In this document: piece after piece, positions 37,691 to 50,726 of the stretch
Layout: every line of letters starts with the position of its first letter
Position numbering within the stretch: the stretch's first letter is position 1
Assembly: GCA_965603825.1 (NCBI GenBank)
Contig: CBFDEM010000018.1
Coordinates: 682,001 to 746,000 of the forward strand
Direction: 5' to 3'
Origin: Blepharisma stoltei ATCC 30299
Taxonomy: Eukaryota; Protista; Ciliophora
Length of the DNA: 64,000 bases
Program-made: the position numbers and the translations under genes
The notes under the pieces: generated by a model
The model's database searches: none
Told to the model about the DNA's origin: nothing
What the model saw: only the letters and a program-made list of their open reading frames with translations

Positions 37691-38462
37691 TTAGCTTGCT
37701 AAACTAGTCAAACTTTGTCTTATATTATTTCTACACACTGGGCATGTTGGGTTGTTTCTCATAAGCCATGGATCTATACATGCTGCATGAAAAATGTGCC
37801 CACATCTTGGTAAGGCTCTCAATACTTCTTCAAGTGCAAAAATTTCTCTGCAAATAGGGCATGGCAGGTTTAAGTCACTTGACCGGGTAGTAAACGAAGA
37901 AATTAGGTTCAGATCTTCATCTGAGAATAAGTTGATTTCTTCATTAATTGGAGAATTCATCAGTCCACTCATAAAAGAATTTCTCAAAGTAGCTTGATAA
38001 TATCTCTAGTTATGAACTTACTATTGATTTATAGATATTGCAGCTCCATATAATAGCAAGCACAGCGTGACTAAGTGATATTATTAGGAGGACCAAAATG
38101 ACTCAGCTCTCAATTGTAGTCCCACAGGATTCTCCGCTTGCTTTCATCAAGGCATAAAAAGTCATTCCAATTATAGTTCATATTACTACAAAAGGGCACA
38201 GAAAAGTCAGGAAAAAAAATGCGAGAGCTGCGATAATGTAAAAGCTGTGACGTTTTCAAATCACCAGGATAAAGGTACACCGGACGAGAAATATACTCAG
38301 GGAAAATAAGAGAATCCAATAGTTGAAAGGATAGACACAGCTAAGTAGAAATTACTCGAAAGAGTCTCATCTTCAGATAGCGACTATAGCTAGTAAAAGA
38401 AATGCTAAGGCTAAAGGGACTTCGGCTCTGTCTAGAATTTACAATAATCGAGTATTTGCCAT
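37691..38462 (-). CDS. Transmembrane RING-H2 E3 ligase, three introns
   Basis: ATG at 38462; introns 38428-38442, 38341-38355, 38006-38021 give one frame; CPIC...CGHIFH..CI..W...CPVC. Confidence 0.85.
38006..38021 (-). other. 16-nt intron GTAAGTTCATAACTAG
   Basis: Joins TM exon to RING exon in frame. Confidence 0.85.
38341..38355 (-). other. 15-nt intron GTAATTTCTACTTAG
   Basis: Consensus match; removes TAA. Confidence 0.85.
38428..38442 (-). other. 15-nt intron GTAAATTCTAGACAG
   Basis: Consensus match; removes TAA. Confidence 0.8.
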
Positions 38463-38650
38463 TTCTACGCCATTTTAAAATGACTAAAAATACTTCGACT
38501 AAGAAAATAGAATAAGAGTTTCCATATTAAATTTTGGGGAATACAGTAAGTAGAAGCTATATTATTGGCTACTAATTGAATTAAAACCTTATTTAAAGAA
38601 AATCTCTCCGAAAAGAGCTATTTGTAATAAAAGTTTATAAGTAATTTAAT

Positions 38651-39538
38651 TTATCCGATATAGTCAGCAATATCACGAATATACCTCTCCTTAATAGGGA
38701 GTCCTGAATTCTTTAAACACAAATACACATATAAAAACCCAGCCTTTCTTTTAAAAATTGACTCAGTATTAGGCTTTAAATTCCTAATCCTGCTCGGGAT
38801 ATACCCTTTCTTGCATCATAATGCCGCACAGCAGTCGCTGCAATAGTCTTTTGCTCTATTCCATTTAGATTTTTGAAATCCGCCCATCAGGCCAGGAAGA
38901 GCACAAAAAATAATAAATATGCAAGGAATCACTGATAAAATGCCAAATGGAATTACCCACGTCGCATTATAATCGTCAATTGGGTAATTTATTCCGTCAC
39001 TAAACAATACTTCAATAGTTGTTCCAGATTTGCCTGGATAAGTAAACTCATCAATATTAGCAGGATCAGTTTCACCGTCATCACTATTTAGATACCATTT
39101 ACAATCAACTTTTTCCCCCACTAGAAATTGCCCAGCACCTTCTAATGGGGTGCACATCCAGCGTGGCAAAAATTTTTGGCTTGATCTGCATTTATCGCCA
39201 AACTCCCAATAGTCGCCACAATGTGAATATTTATAAGCGTAGGTGTTTTCTATTTGTAAGGTGTCAGGCCTGTCATTTTGTCCGCTTGAACTACATCCAT
39301 ATCCAGGATATGATTTCCCGTCAACTTCTACAGCAACTTTATATTGGACATAAGTATGTCATCTCATATAACTTGTTGTGTATGAGGTAATGCCCATAAT
39401 TGTGCATGTAGAGGAGTGCCAGGATTTTACTTCGAGAGGATAGTAAATCCCAAAGTAAACGCCACATCAAACTGGAAAACCGATTAAAAAAATTATGAGC
39501 ATAAGGAAAAGTACTCCGCAGTAATTATCTCTATCCAT
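38651..39538 (-). CDS. Two-TM protein with Cys-rich loop, paralog A (295 aa)
   Basis: ATG at 39538 to TAA at 38651 through TGAs; same length as paralog B. Confidence 0.85.
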
Positions 39539-39710
39539 ATTATTATCAGCAGATTTTATATATTGATTAATTATGTTCGTTGCCAACTTGGTTTTTACTA
39601 GAATTTTGTGTTTTGTTTAGTATTCTTTTCAATTTTATATTTTGAATAAATCATAAGCTTGCCTTTTTATATGAAAATAGTTGATACTTTTTAAATCTTT
39701 TGAAAATTTA

Positions 39711-40309
39711 CATCTGAGAATAAGTTGATTTTTTCGTTAATTGGAGAATTCATCAGTCCACTCATAAAAGAATTTCTCAAAGTAGCTTGATAATATTAAC
39801 TTATTATTGATTTATAAGAGCTTTTCTTTGATTATCCAATAAGCTGTTTAAGTATTGCCTTATAATAATTATAAGATCTTAGAATAAATATTGCAGCTCC
39901 ATATAATAGCAACACAACGTAGCTGATATTATTAGGAGGACCAAAATGACTCAGCTCTCAATCGTAATCCCACAGGATTCTCCACTTGCTTTCATCAAGG
40001 CATAAAAAGTGATTCCAATTATAGCTCATATTATTACAAAAGGACACAGAAAAGTTAGAAAAAAATGCAAGAGTTGCGATAATGCAAAAGCTGTTACGTT
40101 TTTAAATTACCAGGATAAAGGTACAACGGACGAGAAATATACTCAGGGAAAATAAGAGGGTCCAATAATTGAAAGGATAGACACAGATAAGTAGAAATTA
40201 CTCGAAAGAGTCTCATCTTCAGATAGCGACTATAGCTAATAAAAGAAATACTAAGACTAAAGGGACTTCAGCTCTGTCAAGAATATATAATAACCGAGTA
40301 TTTGCCATT
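39711..40309 (-). pseudogene. Truncated duplicate of the TM-RING gene (RING domain absent)
   Basis: Colinear with 37918-38462, but donors of introns 1 and 3 are mutated GT>AT, with small indels and a 70-bp insertion. Confidence 0.85.
39815..39886. mobile_element. TA-bounded 70-bp insertion, IES-like
   Basis: Absent from the intact copy (TTTATAGATATTG, TA at 38032-38033); flanked by TA at 39815 and 39885 within an ATAA direct repeat. Confidence 0.5.
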
Positions 40310-40493
40310 TCTACGTCATTTTAAAACGACTAAAAATACATCGACTGAGAAAATAGAATAAGAGTCTCAAATTAAATTGAGAAGATTTGAGTACTAGTTA
40401 TATTATTTGCTATTATTTGAATTAGAAGCTTATTTTGAGAGAAAATCTATCCGAAAGCAGCTATTTGTAATAAAAGTTTATAAATAATTTAAT

Positions 40494-41381
40494 TTATCCG
40501 ATATAGTCAGCAATATCTCGAATATATCTCTCCTTAATAGGGAGTCCTGAATTCTTTAAACACAAATACACATACAAAAACCCAGCTTTTCTTTTAAAAA
40601 CTGACTCAGTATTAGGCTTTAAATTCCTAATCCTGCTCTGGATATACCCTTTCTTACGTCATAATGCCGCACAGCAGTCGCTGCAATAGTCTTTTGCTCT
40701 GTCTCATTTAGATTTTTGAAATCCGCCCATCAGACCAGGAAGAGCACAGAAAATAATAAATATGCAAGGAATCACTGATAAAATGCCAAATGGAATTACC
40801 CACAGCGTATTATAATGGTCGATTGGGTAATTTATTCCGTCACTAAACAATACTTCAATAGTTGCTCCAGACTTGCCTGGATAAGTAAACTCATCAATAT
40901 TAGCAGGATCAGTTTCACCGTCATCACTATTTAGATACCATTTACAATCAACTTTTTCCCCCACAAGAAATTGCCCACCACCTTTCAATGGAGCGCACAT
41001 CCAGCGTGGCAAAAATTTTTGGCTTGATCTGCATTTATCGCCAAACTCCCAGTACCTGCCACAATGTGAATATTTATAAGCGTAGGTGTTTTCTATATCT
41101 AAGGTGTCAGGATTATCATCGTTTCTATTTGAACTACATCCATATCCAGGATAGGATTTCCCATCAATTTCTACAGCAACTTTATATTGGACGTAGGTAT
41201 GCGATCTCATATAACTTGTTGTGTATGAGGTAATGCCCATAATTGTGCAGGTAGAGGAGCTTCAGGTTTTTACTTCGAGAGGATAGTAAATCCCAAAGTA
41301 ACCGCCACATCAAATTGGAAAACCGATTATGAAAAATACGATCATGACGAAAAACATCCCGCAATAATCTTTTCTTTTCAT
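40494..41381 (-). CDS. Two-TM protein with Cys-rich loop, paralog B (295 aa)
   Basis: ATG at 41381 to TAA at 40494; intact frame with TGA=Trp. Confidence 0.85.
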
Positions 41382-41766
41382 ATTTATTATTATTAACAGA
41401 TTTTATATATTGATTAATTATGCTCATTGCACTAGAATTTTATTTATTGTGTAAATAAATCTTTTCAATTTTATATTTTGAGTAGTTTTTATATGAAAAA
41501 AAATAACTGATACTTAAAATCTTAAAAAATTATTAGTTCTGTTTTTCGTGAGTCCTATATTTTTGCTTCATTTTTTTCATTTTCGCCTTAATGCTGAATT
41601 TATAAAAGAAAAAGCCTTATCTATATTTATAGTTCATTGAATCAAAAGCTGTTTTTACTTTGCTTCTATTAAATGTTCTGTAAATTATAAAGGTTTTTAG
41701 CTCTCCATATTAAATTTATTCGGTATTTTTTAGCAATATGCCTTAATAAGTCTAATATCAGGAAGA

Positions 41767-42825
41767 TTAAATTAGTTTTGTATTGGGATTTATAGCTCTT
41801 TCATTGCGCTTTAATGCTTCTATTTTGACTTCAATACCAGGCTTATGAGGAACCAAAAGTTTGACTATTACAACAACTCATTCTCGACACATAGGATTTT
41901 CCATATCGAATTCAGAACTTTTAAGCAAATCATAGAGATGTGAATCAGCTATATCTGCTGCTTCTTGGCAATTTTCAAGCGTATTGGCGATTATCTGTAA
42001 AATTAAAGCTCTTTGACCTGCAGCATGGCAACCAGCTGCAAGAATGTCATAGCACTTTAAAATTGCCCTAGAGTTTAATGCAATACTTTTGATTAAAGGA
42101 TATTTTGGAGCTTCTCTTGTTAATAAGTTTAATAAGTCTAAGCTTAATTGAAAATTTTCATCAGGTGAATTCAGAAATTCATTTATTATGACAGAATAGT
42201 CATCTAGCCTTAGTGAAAATCATTGGGTTTGGGCTTCAGATATAAGCGAATGCTTTTGCTCCCAAGCCTCTTCTAAGCTGGATTTTATGAATTCGAATAG
42301 ATAGATTTTGTGTCTCCCATCTAAAAATTCAGCAATTATTCCTAAATTATTTGGTAGCAATTTTGAAAATAAATAATAGACCCACTCAAATTCATCCTCT
42401 TTACATTCTATTTTTTCTATGAAAAATCTTATCAAATCTCGTTTTTCTCTGATGAATTTTGCTTTGAAATCTTCTGATTCTCCTATGATGTTGTGGCAGA
42501 GCATAAGCAAGAATTTTAAATTTGTATTCTCATATGGGATAGAGCCTAGCAAGTTAAAACAAATTTCAAGATGCTCAGTATTACCAATACTGAAATTTAC
42601 TAAAAATTGAGTGAATTCTCTTAGACCAGTCTCAGGCACAACTATAGGTTCAAGAAAATCTTTTATTTTTGCTTGAGCTCTGCTTCCTTCAACACAAAGG
42701 TTTCTTAAAATTTTATAAAATATCTCTGGACTTGTACCTCTTAAAGAATTTAAGTCTTCTAAATATTTTTGCCTTGCCACAGAAGAGTTAAGAGTTTCCT
42801 CAAGAATCTTCTGAGAATCTACCAT
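41767..42825 (-). CDS. ATXN10: Ataxin-10-like ARM protein
   Basis: C-terminal ILQIIAN...FDMENPMCRE(W)VVVIVKLL matches the ataxin-10 domain D..NP..REW. Confidence 0.7.
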
Positions 42826-42944
42826 TTTCTTGTTTTTATTGCAAATAGCTCATTTTTATTTTATTAATATATTCATTTTTCAATAAGCTTTTCAGCATAA
42901 AAGAATTTATTAAATAAAATCAGTAGCAGGCATAATGAAATAAT

Positions 42945-44399
42945 TTACCTTTTTGAGCCTATTCCAAGTGACCCTTCCGAAATCCCATCCTGCGAAAATA
43001 TAAAATCTGTGTCAGAAGCTCCTTTAAATAGATCTCCAAATGTTTCCATGCCTGTACTTTTAGCTATATCCAATTTCTATATAAAAATTACCAGTAGTTC
43101 TCCATAATTTGCACAGAATGGGTCTTGCCTTATTTGATGAGTAGGCTTTAAATTATACTGAACCCATGGCGTCCCTTCTCTGCTTAAAACCCTTATTAAA
43201 TGGTTCCCATCTTTGACGACACCTTTATTAATCATATTTCCTCCTTTAATTGCATTTCCTTTCAGCAGCAGCTTAGGAGGCCTATATTTTTTATTTGGCA
43301 TAGCTGGCAATAGCTCTTTATGTTCTTCAAAAAAATTGCAAGGCTTCAAAGACTTTACATAATCTTGATTAATTAAAAATCTTACTTTCTGAGGCACACC
43401 ATATCATTTTTGATAACTTTCAAGAGAGTTTGTTTCTTTAATTAAAGGTTTTACATAAATACTTGGCTGAGGCGTATATTTGTATGAATAATTATCACTG
43501 AAATCTGTAAAAATTGGTTCACTTTTGATATCATTTATGTTGTTTTGATTATTTACTGTAGTTATAAATGTTGCATCTTTACTGTTATTTTCTGCACCTA
43601 GCTGGTCTGTAGGGAGGTTTTCTGAGTCAGTAATATCTTCATTGGTAGCTTGTATGAAATCTGACTGAGTTTTATAGGATTCTCTGCTTCAAATTGACCT
43701 CATATCTTGTTCAGTTTTGTTGCCACCTGGAGATCTTGTCATTATAGATCTTGAATTCTGCTCAGTTAATGTATATACAGAAGGTGGCTCAGAGAGAGTT
43801 TTTCATTCTTTTTTTGCGACTTTTCGGACTTGGCCTGGAGAGCCTAAAATAAATGAAGGCTTTGAGCTTTCTTCTGAGGTGTAAATTTGTGAGTAGCCTG
43901 AACTTTTTCTTGCTGATGAAAAATAGCCTGCTGATGAAGGCTTGATTATTCTTACTTTTTCCTGTTGGGAAAATGATCGCTTTAATGCAATTTCTTTTAA
44001 TATAGGAGAAGCTGCTTGTTTCGGCTTAAATGGAGAGATTTTGATAGTTTCGGCGACGTTTTTTCTTGTGCTGAAATTCACTCTGGCTGATTTTTTGGGT
44101 TTAGGGTCTTCTGATTCAGCGTTTTGTGAGTAGTGCTGCTCATTATCAAAATATTTCCCAGACATTTGTGTATTGGAGGCTAAGCTGTATTCGCTTTGGT
44201 TTCTATTAAGTTTGCCATCAACTGGTGCAATTATTAAGGATGATTGGTCATTTTGTGCGTGAATTGACATATCATTTATTGAAGAATCCTGAAATGAAGT
44301 CTGCTGAATTTTTGCTGTTAAAATTGGAGGTAGATTTTTTCCATATATTTGGAAAGTTGGTTTTCCTTGCTGCTCTCTTGGGATATCAAGGTGGAACAT
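42945..44399 (-). CDS. Hypothetical Ser-rich protein, one intron
   Basis: One frame through TGAs; intron 43077-43091; TAA at 42947-42945. Confidence 0.75.
43077..43091 (-). other. 15-nt intron GTAATTTTTATATAG
   Basis: Consensus match; removes TAG and opens 43 more codons. Confidence 0.8.
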
Positions 44400-45015
44400 A
44401 TAAGTTTTAAATAGTATATTACTTATTATTTAATAAAAGGAAAATTATGCTACAGGAGTTAAGTCCTTGCTTCTGCTTTAATTTATATTTTATATAATTA
44501 TCAAGAGTAATCAAGCGATTGCTATGCCTTCAGCTATCAAAAAGCGATAATCCGCATATTTAACATTTTTATTTAATGATCAGCTGGTCTTATGATATTA
44601 GTCAAAGCAAGCTTTTTTGAGTGTAAGGTAATAAGAATTATTATGAAGTAATAGAAGTGTTAATCCAGGATTTCTCTTTATAATACTTAGATTTTAATAC
44701 TAAATGGCCAAGGTCTATAAATATCAATAACCAGTAATGGAATTATTTTACTCAACTAGCTTTATAGCGAATATTTATTATTTAGAATACCCAACTATCT
44801 AATAAAAAGCCCTAATATTGTCCTCAATTTCTTTTAGCAATAGTCTTAAAAGCATGAAAAATCCTAATTTTCTGAATTTCTTCTCCTTATTCCTCACCTC
44901 TTCTAGACTACTCCTCCTTTATTCCTGATTTTATTCAATTTCTCCCTAAATTGAACTATAAATAATATCTTACTAATGGACCACTTCTTTCATTCTTTTC
45001 ATATATTTTCTAAAG

Positions 45016-46281
45016 ATGGAGAACACCTCTACTCAAAGAACTCGAGATGAAGGATTAAACCAGTATTCCGTTTCCCAACTTAACGGACCTTCTGCCATCA
45101 ACCGCCGAACTGCCAAAGTAATCGGCTCCACTTTTCAGCTGGATGCTCGCTATGAAATTATTGACACTCTCGGAAGCGGCGCTTACGGAGTAGTCGTCTC
45201 AGCACGTGACACAGTAACAGGAGAGCATGTAGCAATAAAAAAGATCGAAAAAGCCTTCGAACATTCCACATTTACAAAGCGAACTTTAAGAGAACTGATA
45301 ATTCTGCGGCTTTTAAATCACGAAAACATAATGAGAATCAAAACCATTCAGTTGCCATTATCTCGTGAAGATTTTGATGAAATTTATGTCGTCAACGAGC
45401 TTATGGAAACTGACTTAAGTTCTATTATAAAGTCTCCTCAGCCGCTATCAGACGAACACTGCCAATTCTTTTTGTATCAGATTCTTAGAGGGTTAAAGTT
45501 CATGCATAGTGCATGTATTCTGCATAGGGATTTGAAGCCAAGAAACTTGCTGGTCAACTCAAACTGTGACTTGAAAATATGCGACTTTGGGCTGGCAAGG
45601 CCGAATATGAAGGAGCTGAAAGTAACGTCTACACAAATGACTGATTATGTAGCTACTAGGTGGTACAGAGCACCAGAAGTCTTATTAACTTATAAAAAAT
45701 ATACACCGGCCATGGACATGTGGTCTGTGGGCTGCATTTTTGGGGAGCTTTTGCTCAGAAAACCGATTTTGCCTGGAAATGACGCAAATCATCAGCTGGA
45801 GCTGATTTTTAACCTGCTTGGGACTCCTTCTGACAAAGATATAGCAAGCATCCCACACCCTCGTTCCCGAGAAAAAGTGATGAGGATGACGAAAAGATCA
45901 GGAAAATCATTTGAAGCCACCTTCCGCAGTGCAAATCCTGATGCGTTAGATTTATTGAAAAAAATGCTGACATTTAATCCTGATGAAAGAATTAAGGTAG
46001 AAGATGCGCTGGCTCATCCATATCTGGCTGCTTTACATTTTCCTGATGATGAGCCTACTTGTGATCCGGTTTCTTTGTTTGATTTTGAGTTTGAAAGGCA
46101 GGTGCTGACAATGAATGACTTAAAAAACTTGATTTATGAAGAAATACTGCTATATCATTTTCAAGGAAAAAAAGAACAATATGAAAAAGCTAAAAAAGAT
46201 TATGATAGGCAGCTGCACTTGCCTGGGAGAAGACTTTCGAGAGACAGAGAAGAAAGCGATGAGGAAGATGAGCTAAACTAG
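45016..46281 (+). CDS. MAP kinase (TDY activation motif)
   Basis: GSGAYGVV, HRDLKPRN, CDFGLAR, MTDYVATRWYRAPE, LHFPDDEP. Confidence 0.96.
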   Translation: MENTSTQRTRDEGLNQYSVSQLNGPSAINRRTAKVIGSTFQLDARYEIIDTLGSGAYGVVVSARDTVTGEHVAIKKIEKAFEHSTFTKRTLRELIILRLLNHENIMRIKTIQLPLSREDFDEIYVVNELMETDLSSIIKSPQPLSDEHCQFFLYQILRGLKFMHSACILHRDLKPRNLLVNSNCDLKICDFGLARPNMKELKVTSTQMTDYVATRWYRAPEVLLTYKKYTPAMDMWSVGCIFGELLLRKPILPGNDANHQLELIFNLLGTPSDKDIASIPHPRSREKVMRMTKRSGKSFEATFRSANPDALDLLKKMLTFNPDERIKVEDALAHPYLAALHFPDDEPTCDPVSLFDFEFERQVLTMNDLKNLIYEEILLYHFQGKKEQYEKAKKDYDRQLHLPGRRLSRDREESDEEDELN

Positions 46282-46635
46282 TTAATTGATAAAATGTGTT
46301 TAAGCATTGTATTAAATCATTATTTCATTTTTATTTGTGCTAATTTATACTTTGTTTGAAATTTCTATATAAAGCATGGAGGATAAATATAGAAAAATAA
46401 TTATTTTTATAAAATATTTTTTGAAAATTTGTTAAAGCAGTTTAACATTTGCAAAACCATTTAATGCTCTATGGCTTCATAAATATTTTTATTATATGGA
46501 AAAAATTATTGAAATTAAGCATAATTTTTTTATAAATCCATTTAATTCAGCTGAATAAAAAACATATCAAAGACTATCGCAAAATAATGAGATATAAGAT
46601 GAAATAAATTGGGGGACTTAGCAAGAGTTATAGTT

Positions 46636-47514
46636 ATGGATTGGGTAATAAATGAATGGTTTATTGTGGAAGAGAACAGGGAAGCAAAAACAACAGCAAA
46701 AGAAAGCAGCATTGCTTATCAATGTATCGTTAAAGGATGCAGCCACAAGGTTAAAACATTAAAAAGGTTATGTCACCACTTAAAAAAGCATTTTTTTAAA
46801 TGCCCAGAAGATAATGGAAAGTTTAAATGCTTTTGCAAGCTTATTCGGCACATCCAAAAAGAGCATTTAGTCTGCCAAGTCTCAACGAATCAAGACCAAA
46901 CATCTAATTCAAATAAAGAGGAAGTGATTCAGGAAAGCTTAACAAGTTTAAAACCAATAGAGGATGAGATTGATAATAATAAGATGCCAAACATCGCGAT
47001 TCCTATAAATTTCAGTGATGAAATTCCAAAGAAGAGGCAAAATTCAATAGATAATGACCAAGGAGCGACAAAGAAAAATTTTCATTCAGCTCTTAAGCCA
47101 TTCAAAAAGAGTGAAGCTGTTTATAAAGACACTTGAAAATCTTGCACAAATGACTTTAGCTCCGCTCCTGATTACGGAGTTCGAAATCTAAGTAAATTAG
47201 ACGGCTCTAATAACAAAGAGATCTTTGAGAAAAAATACTATGAAGGCAATAAGAAAGATTTACCAAGTGAAGTAATGCTAGTAAAGCCTGAGATACCTCA
47301 GAAGAAATCAGTGAAGCATGAAAAGGATCACAAAAAGCCTTCAACTGCTTCTAAGAATTCAAATAATACAGTGAGGTGCGCTTTAAACCCTTTTACAGCT
47401 AGAGTAGCTAAGAAAAGTGCGGCTAAATTTGAAGATATACCTATGATACCTAGCCATAATTCTTTGCAGAAACGCCAATTTAATGATGATCATGCCCGAA
47501 GAGTATTTAAATAA
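46636..47514 (+). CDS. C2H2-type zinc-finger protein
   Basis: C...GC...H...H and CP...H...H motifs; frame continues through TGA at 47134; start uncertain. Confidence 0.65.
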
Positions 47515-47702
47515 TTTGTAATAAACCCTTTATTACATTGAATTTTATAAGTTGATCTATTATTAATAATTAATGATATTGCCTAGATTTGATTTAGCTA
47601 TTTATTAACTTCATAATAGCCAAAAAACGCTATAATAAGAATAAAGTATCGCTTAATATTTCTGCGAGTCATAATTTATTCGCTAAAGTAATACATTAAC
47701 TA

Positions 47703-50700
47703 ATGTCAAAAGAAGTAAAAGCAGATTTTTTAGCAATTCAAGGGCTTCTCAAAAGCAAATCGAAGCCAGTCATTGAGCATACTACTTTGAGCCGAGACAG
47801 ATATAATGGATGCCGATCTACAAGCACTGGCATCTCCTCTTCAAATCAAGACTTATTTTTTCAAGCCAAGCTCGAGAGAGATTCATTTAACAAGTCAGCA
47901 ACTCTGAGCTTTCGAGAACAAAATCTCAAGCGAAAACCTGTAAAACTCGAAAAAATGCAAAATTCTCAAAACAACCATTCCAGCCCATCTCCTGATTTCA
48001 CAGCTCACAGCTTTTTATTGCAACCAAAAACAGTTGACCCAGGAGATCTCTACAAAATTAATATGAGAAAAAGCTCTATTGATCAGTTAATTGACCTAAA
48101 TCCTGCTGATGAAATAATTGCAAAAGAAGAAGCCAAAAGCGAATTTTTGAAAAATTGCCAAAAATTTGACAAAATCAAAAAACTTCTTTCAAACCAAGAT
48201 TTAAGGTATTTTGAAGACTTTATTGCAGGATTAGAAGCTTCTGGGAAAATATTTTGTGAATGTGAGTGACTTAATGGAAAAGGAAGGGTTGAAGCTGTTA
48301 ATACAGTTTCTCATCTTGTCGCTTTGGTGCTTAAAGCAGTTTCAGATCTAATTGAAAAGAAAAATAAAGATAAAACAATGATAGAAACTTTGAAAAGTGA
48401 AAATGAAGTCTTGGCAAGTGAAAACAATCGAATGAAAGACTTACAAAACAAACTGGAATATACAAGCTCTAAATTGCAGAAACTCGAAAGCTCAAGGCAT
48501 GAATTTTCCAATTCTATCGGTCAAACCCAAAGACTTGCTGAAATTGAAAAAGAAAAATTAGTAGAAAAAAACAGCATTTTAGAAAAATATATAGGTGAGC
48601 TCAAGGACGTCACAAAAATTGACTCGCTGAATTCAGAACTAGAAAAATATAAAGAAAATTATCAAAAAATGATAAAAGAATATCAAGCTTTTAAAAGAGA
48701 TAAAGAGTCAAAATTGTATCGAATGCAATTAGAAATAGGAGAGCTAAGAAGTAGCTTACAAAAGAACTCATCTTCAATAGAAACCTATGACACCCAAAAA
48801 AAAGTTCTAGAGGAAAGAGCCTATGTAGTTGAATTAAAAAATAGAAGCTTAATGGAAAAATTATCAGAATATAGAGAAAGAGTAGCAATGCTATATGAAG
48901 ACTGCCTAAGATTTGTTGTGTATAGAGATCTCTATACAAAACTAGAAGAACAATTCAATACAATGAGACTAAAATACAACCAGCTTGAGCTCAATATTAT
49001 AGCTGGAAACGTTACTTTAGCCACAGATGGCGTCATTTGGGTTTCACTTGAAGACCCCTTATTCGACCCAGTCCGTGGATTTCTAGCCAAAGGTGTAGAT
49101 CCAAAAGTATTCGAGCCTCCAGCTCCCAGAAAAGATAAACGCACAAATACAGAAGTTCCAGTCTATGCCCACACAAGGCATGCAAGAACTGTCACTTATT
49201 CAGAAACCCAGCTTGACCCATCATTTGTAAATTTAAGCAAGCTAAAGCTGCAGAAGCCTGGCTATGCCAGTTTATTTGAAATTGGGGACAAGGCTGCAAG
49301 CTTTGAGCTGCCATTTACTAATTGGCTGGAAATTACTATGAGGGGAATTTATGATTCTAAATACAATGAGCATATCTTTTGTTCTTTTGAATCAGGGAGA
49401 ACTCCTTCTAAATTCCCTGAATTTGTATATTGCTGGATCGGCCGATTTACTATTGATCCTGGCGCTCGACAAGTCCGAGAGCTTGAATGGTGGAAACGAG
49501 AATCCTCTGATAAGCTTCGTTTAGAGCTTTTATTAGCGCTTAAGCACGAAAAAGCTAAAAAAGTGTGGGAAATTCACACCTTTGTCGAGTTTTTAAATGA
49601 AGATTTGATGCTTGATGAACTAGCGTTTTTCCTGCACTGCAGATTTCTTTTATTTAAAGGACCACAACTTATGATCACATCTGGGAGGTTTTCTGCTTTA
49701 CATTTTGTAGCTTTAGACCATGTTTTCGAAATAATTGATAGAGTTATGGAAAAAATCAGCCCAAAGGACCGCTCTGAGCTTAAGTCTCAGCTGCAGTCCA
49801 AAGCCCGCAACAAAAACGGCTCTTTGACTCTTGATGCCGGTCTCGTAATTGTTATCTAGGCTCTACGAATTATGCTTGAATACTACATTCGTGAGAAAAA
49901 ATGCAAATATCTGGTAATAAAAGGACTTTTTAATCTAGCCCCAAAAAAGCCAGATGGAGGTTTGGCGTTTCAAACTTTTAGGATTATCTGTTTAAACCTG
50001 GATCCTGAAGCAAGTGAATCTTTGATAGTAAAAATGTATAGAGACCTCTGGGCGTTTGGCAATGGCCAAATAAATCATGATAATTTTTTTGTTTATGCCA
50101 ATGAAAATGGATTTTTTTTCCATAGCTTAAGACTTAAAGGAAATGAAGATCCTTTACCACTGACCCCATATAATGAAATTGATGAAAAAGCTTCAGATTA
50201 TGCTAAAAGAATGCGGGAGACTTTTAATACTTATGCACATTTAAAGCAGCCGACTGCGTTAATTAGGGAAGCTTTAAGGTCACTTGGGGTTATTGATTTA
50301 TTAGATAATTTTGTAAAATTAGAAGAGCTGGTTAAAAATAAGTACCAAGAGCCTTTGGAAAACTATAGAGGAATGAATTTGTTGGATACTTATAAGCATC
50401 TTTGGAATCTTGCAATTCAGCTGCAAATCATTTTTGAGCAGGTTTATTCCTTCAGCCCTGCAATGCAAGGCAGTGAAGAAATCAAAGATTTGGAAATAAT
50501 TTCGCTTCCGAGGGCTTGTGAAGGGTTTATTGAGAAGCTGCATAAGATTACCTTGCAAAAATTGACTACAATTGTAGCTATAAGAAAAATACAAAGAAAT
50601 TGGAAGGATAAGGCGAGGAAGAGTTTGAGCATTGCGGCAACTGTGTTTAAAGGAATAGCCCTACTAAAGAGAGGGCTAAAGCATCATAAGAATCAAAGCT

Positions 50701-50726
50701 CGACTCATAGCCAAAATTCAACTTAG
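47703..50726 (+). CDS. Large coiled-coil protein with EF-hand-like region and IQ motif (~1002 aa), one intron
   Basis: Joined through TGA at 48267 and intron 49845-49859; IRKIQRNWK. Confidence 0.8.
49845..49859 (+). other. 15-nt intron GTAATTGTTATCTAG
   Basis: Consensus match; removes TAG. Confidence 0.88.

Larger units (their letters stand above)
37918..41532. repeat. Direct tandem duplication, ~1.8 kb unit (37918-39710 / 39711-~41532)
   Basis: Both copies begin CATCTGAGAATAAGTTGATTT and are colinear with high identity by eye. Confidence 0.93.

Noticed and set aside
38110-38319. Track ORF MDSLIFPEY
   Set aside because: Wrong frame; the TM-RING exon uses a different, TGA-containing frame.
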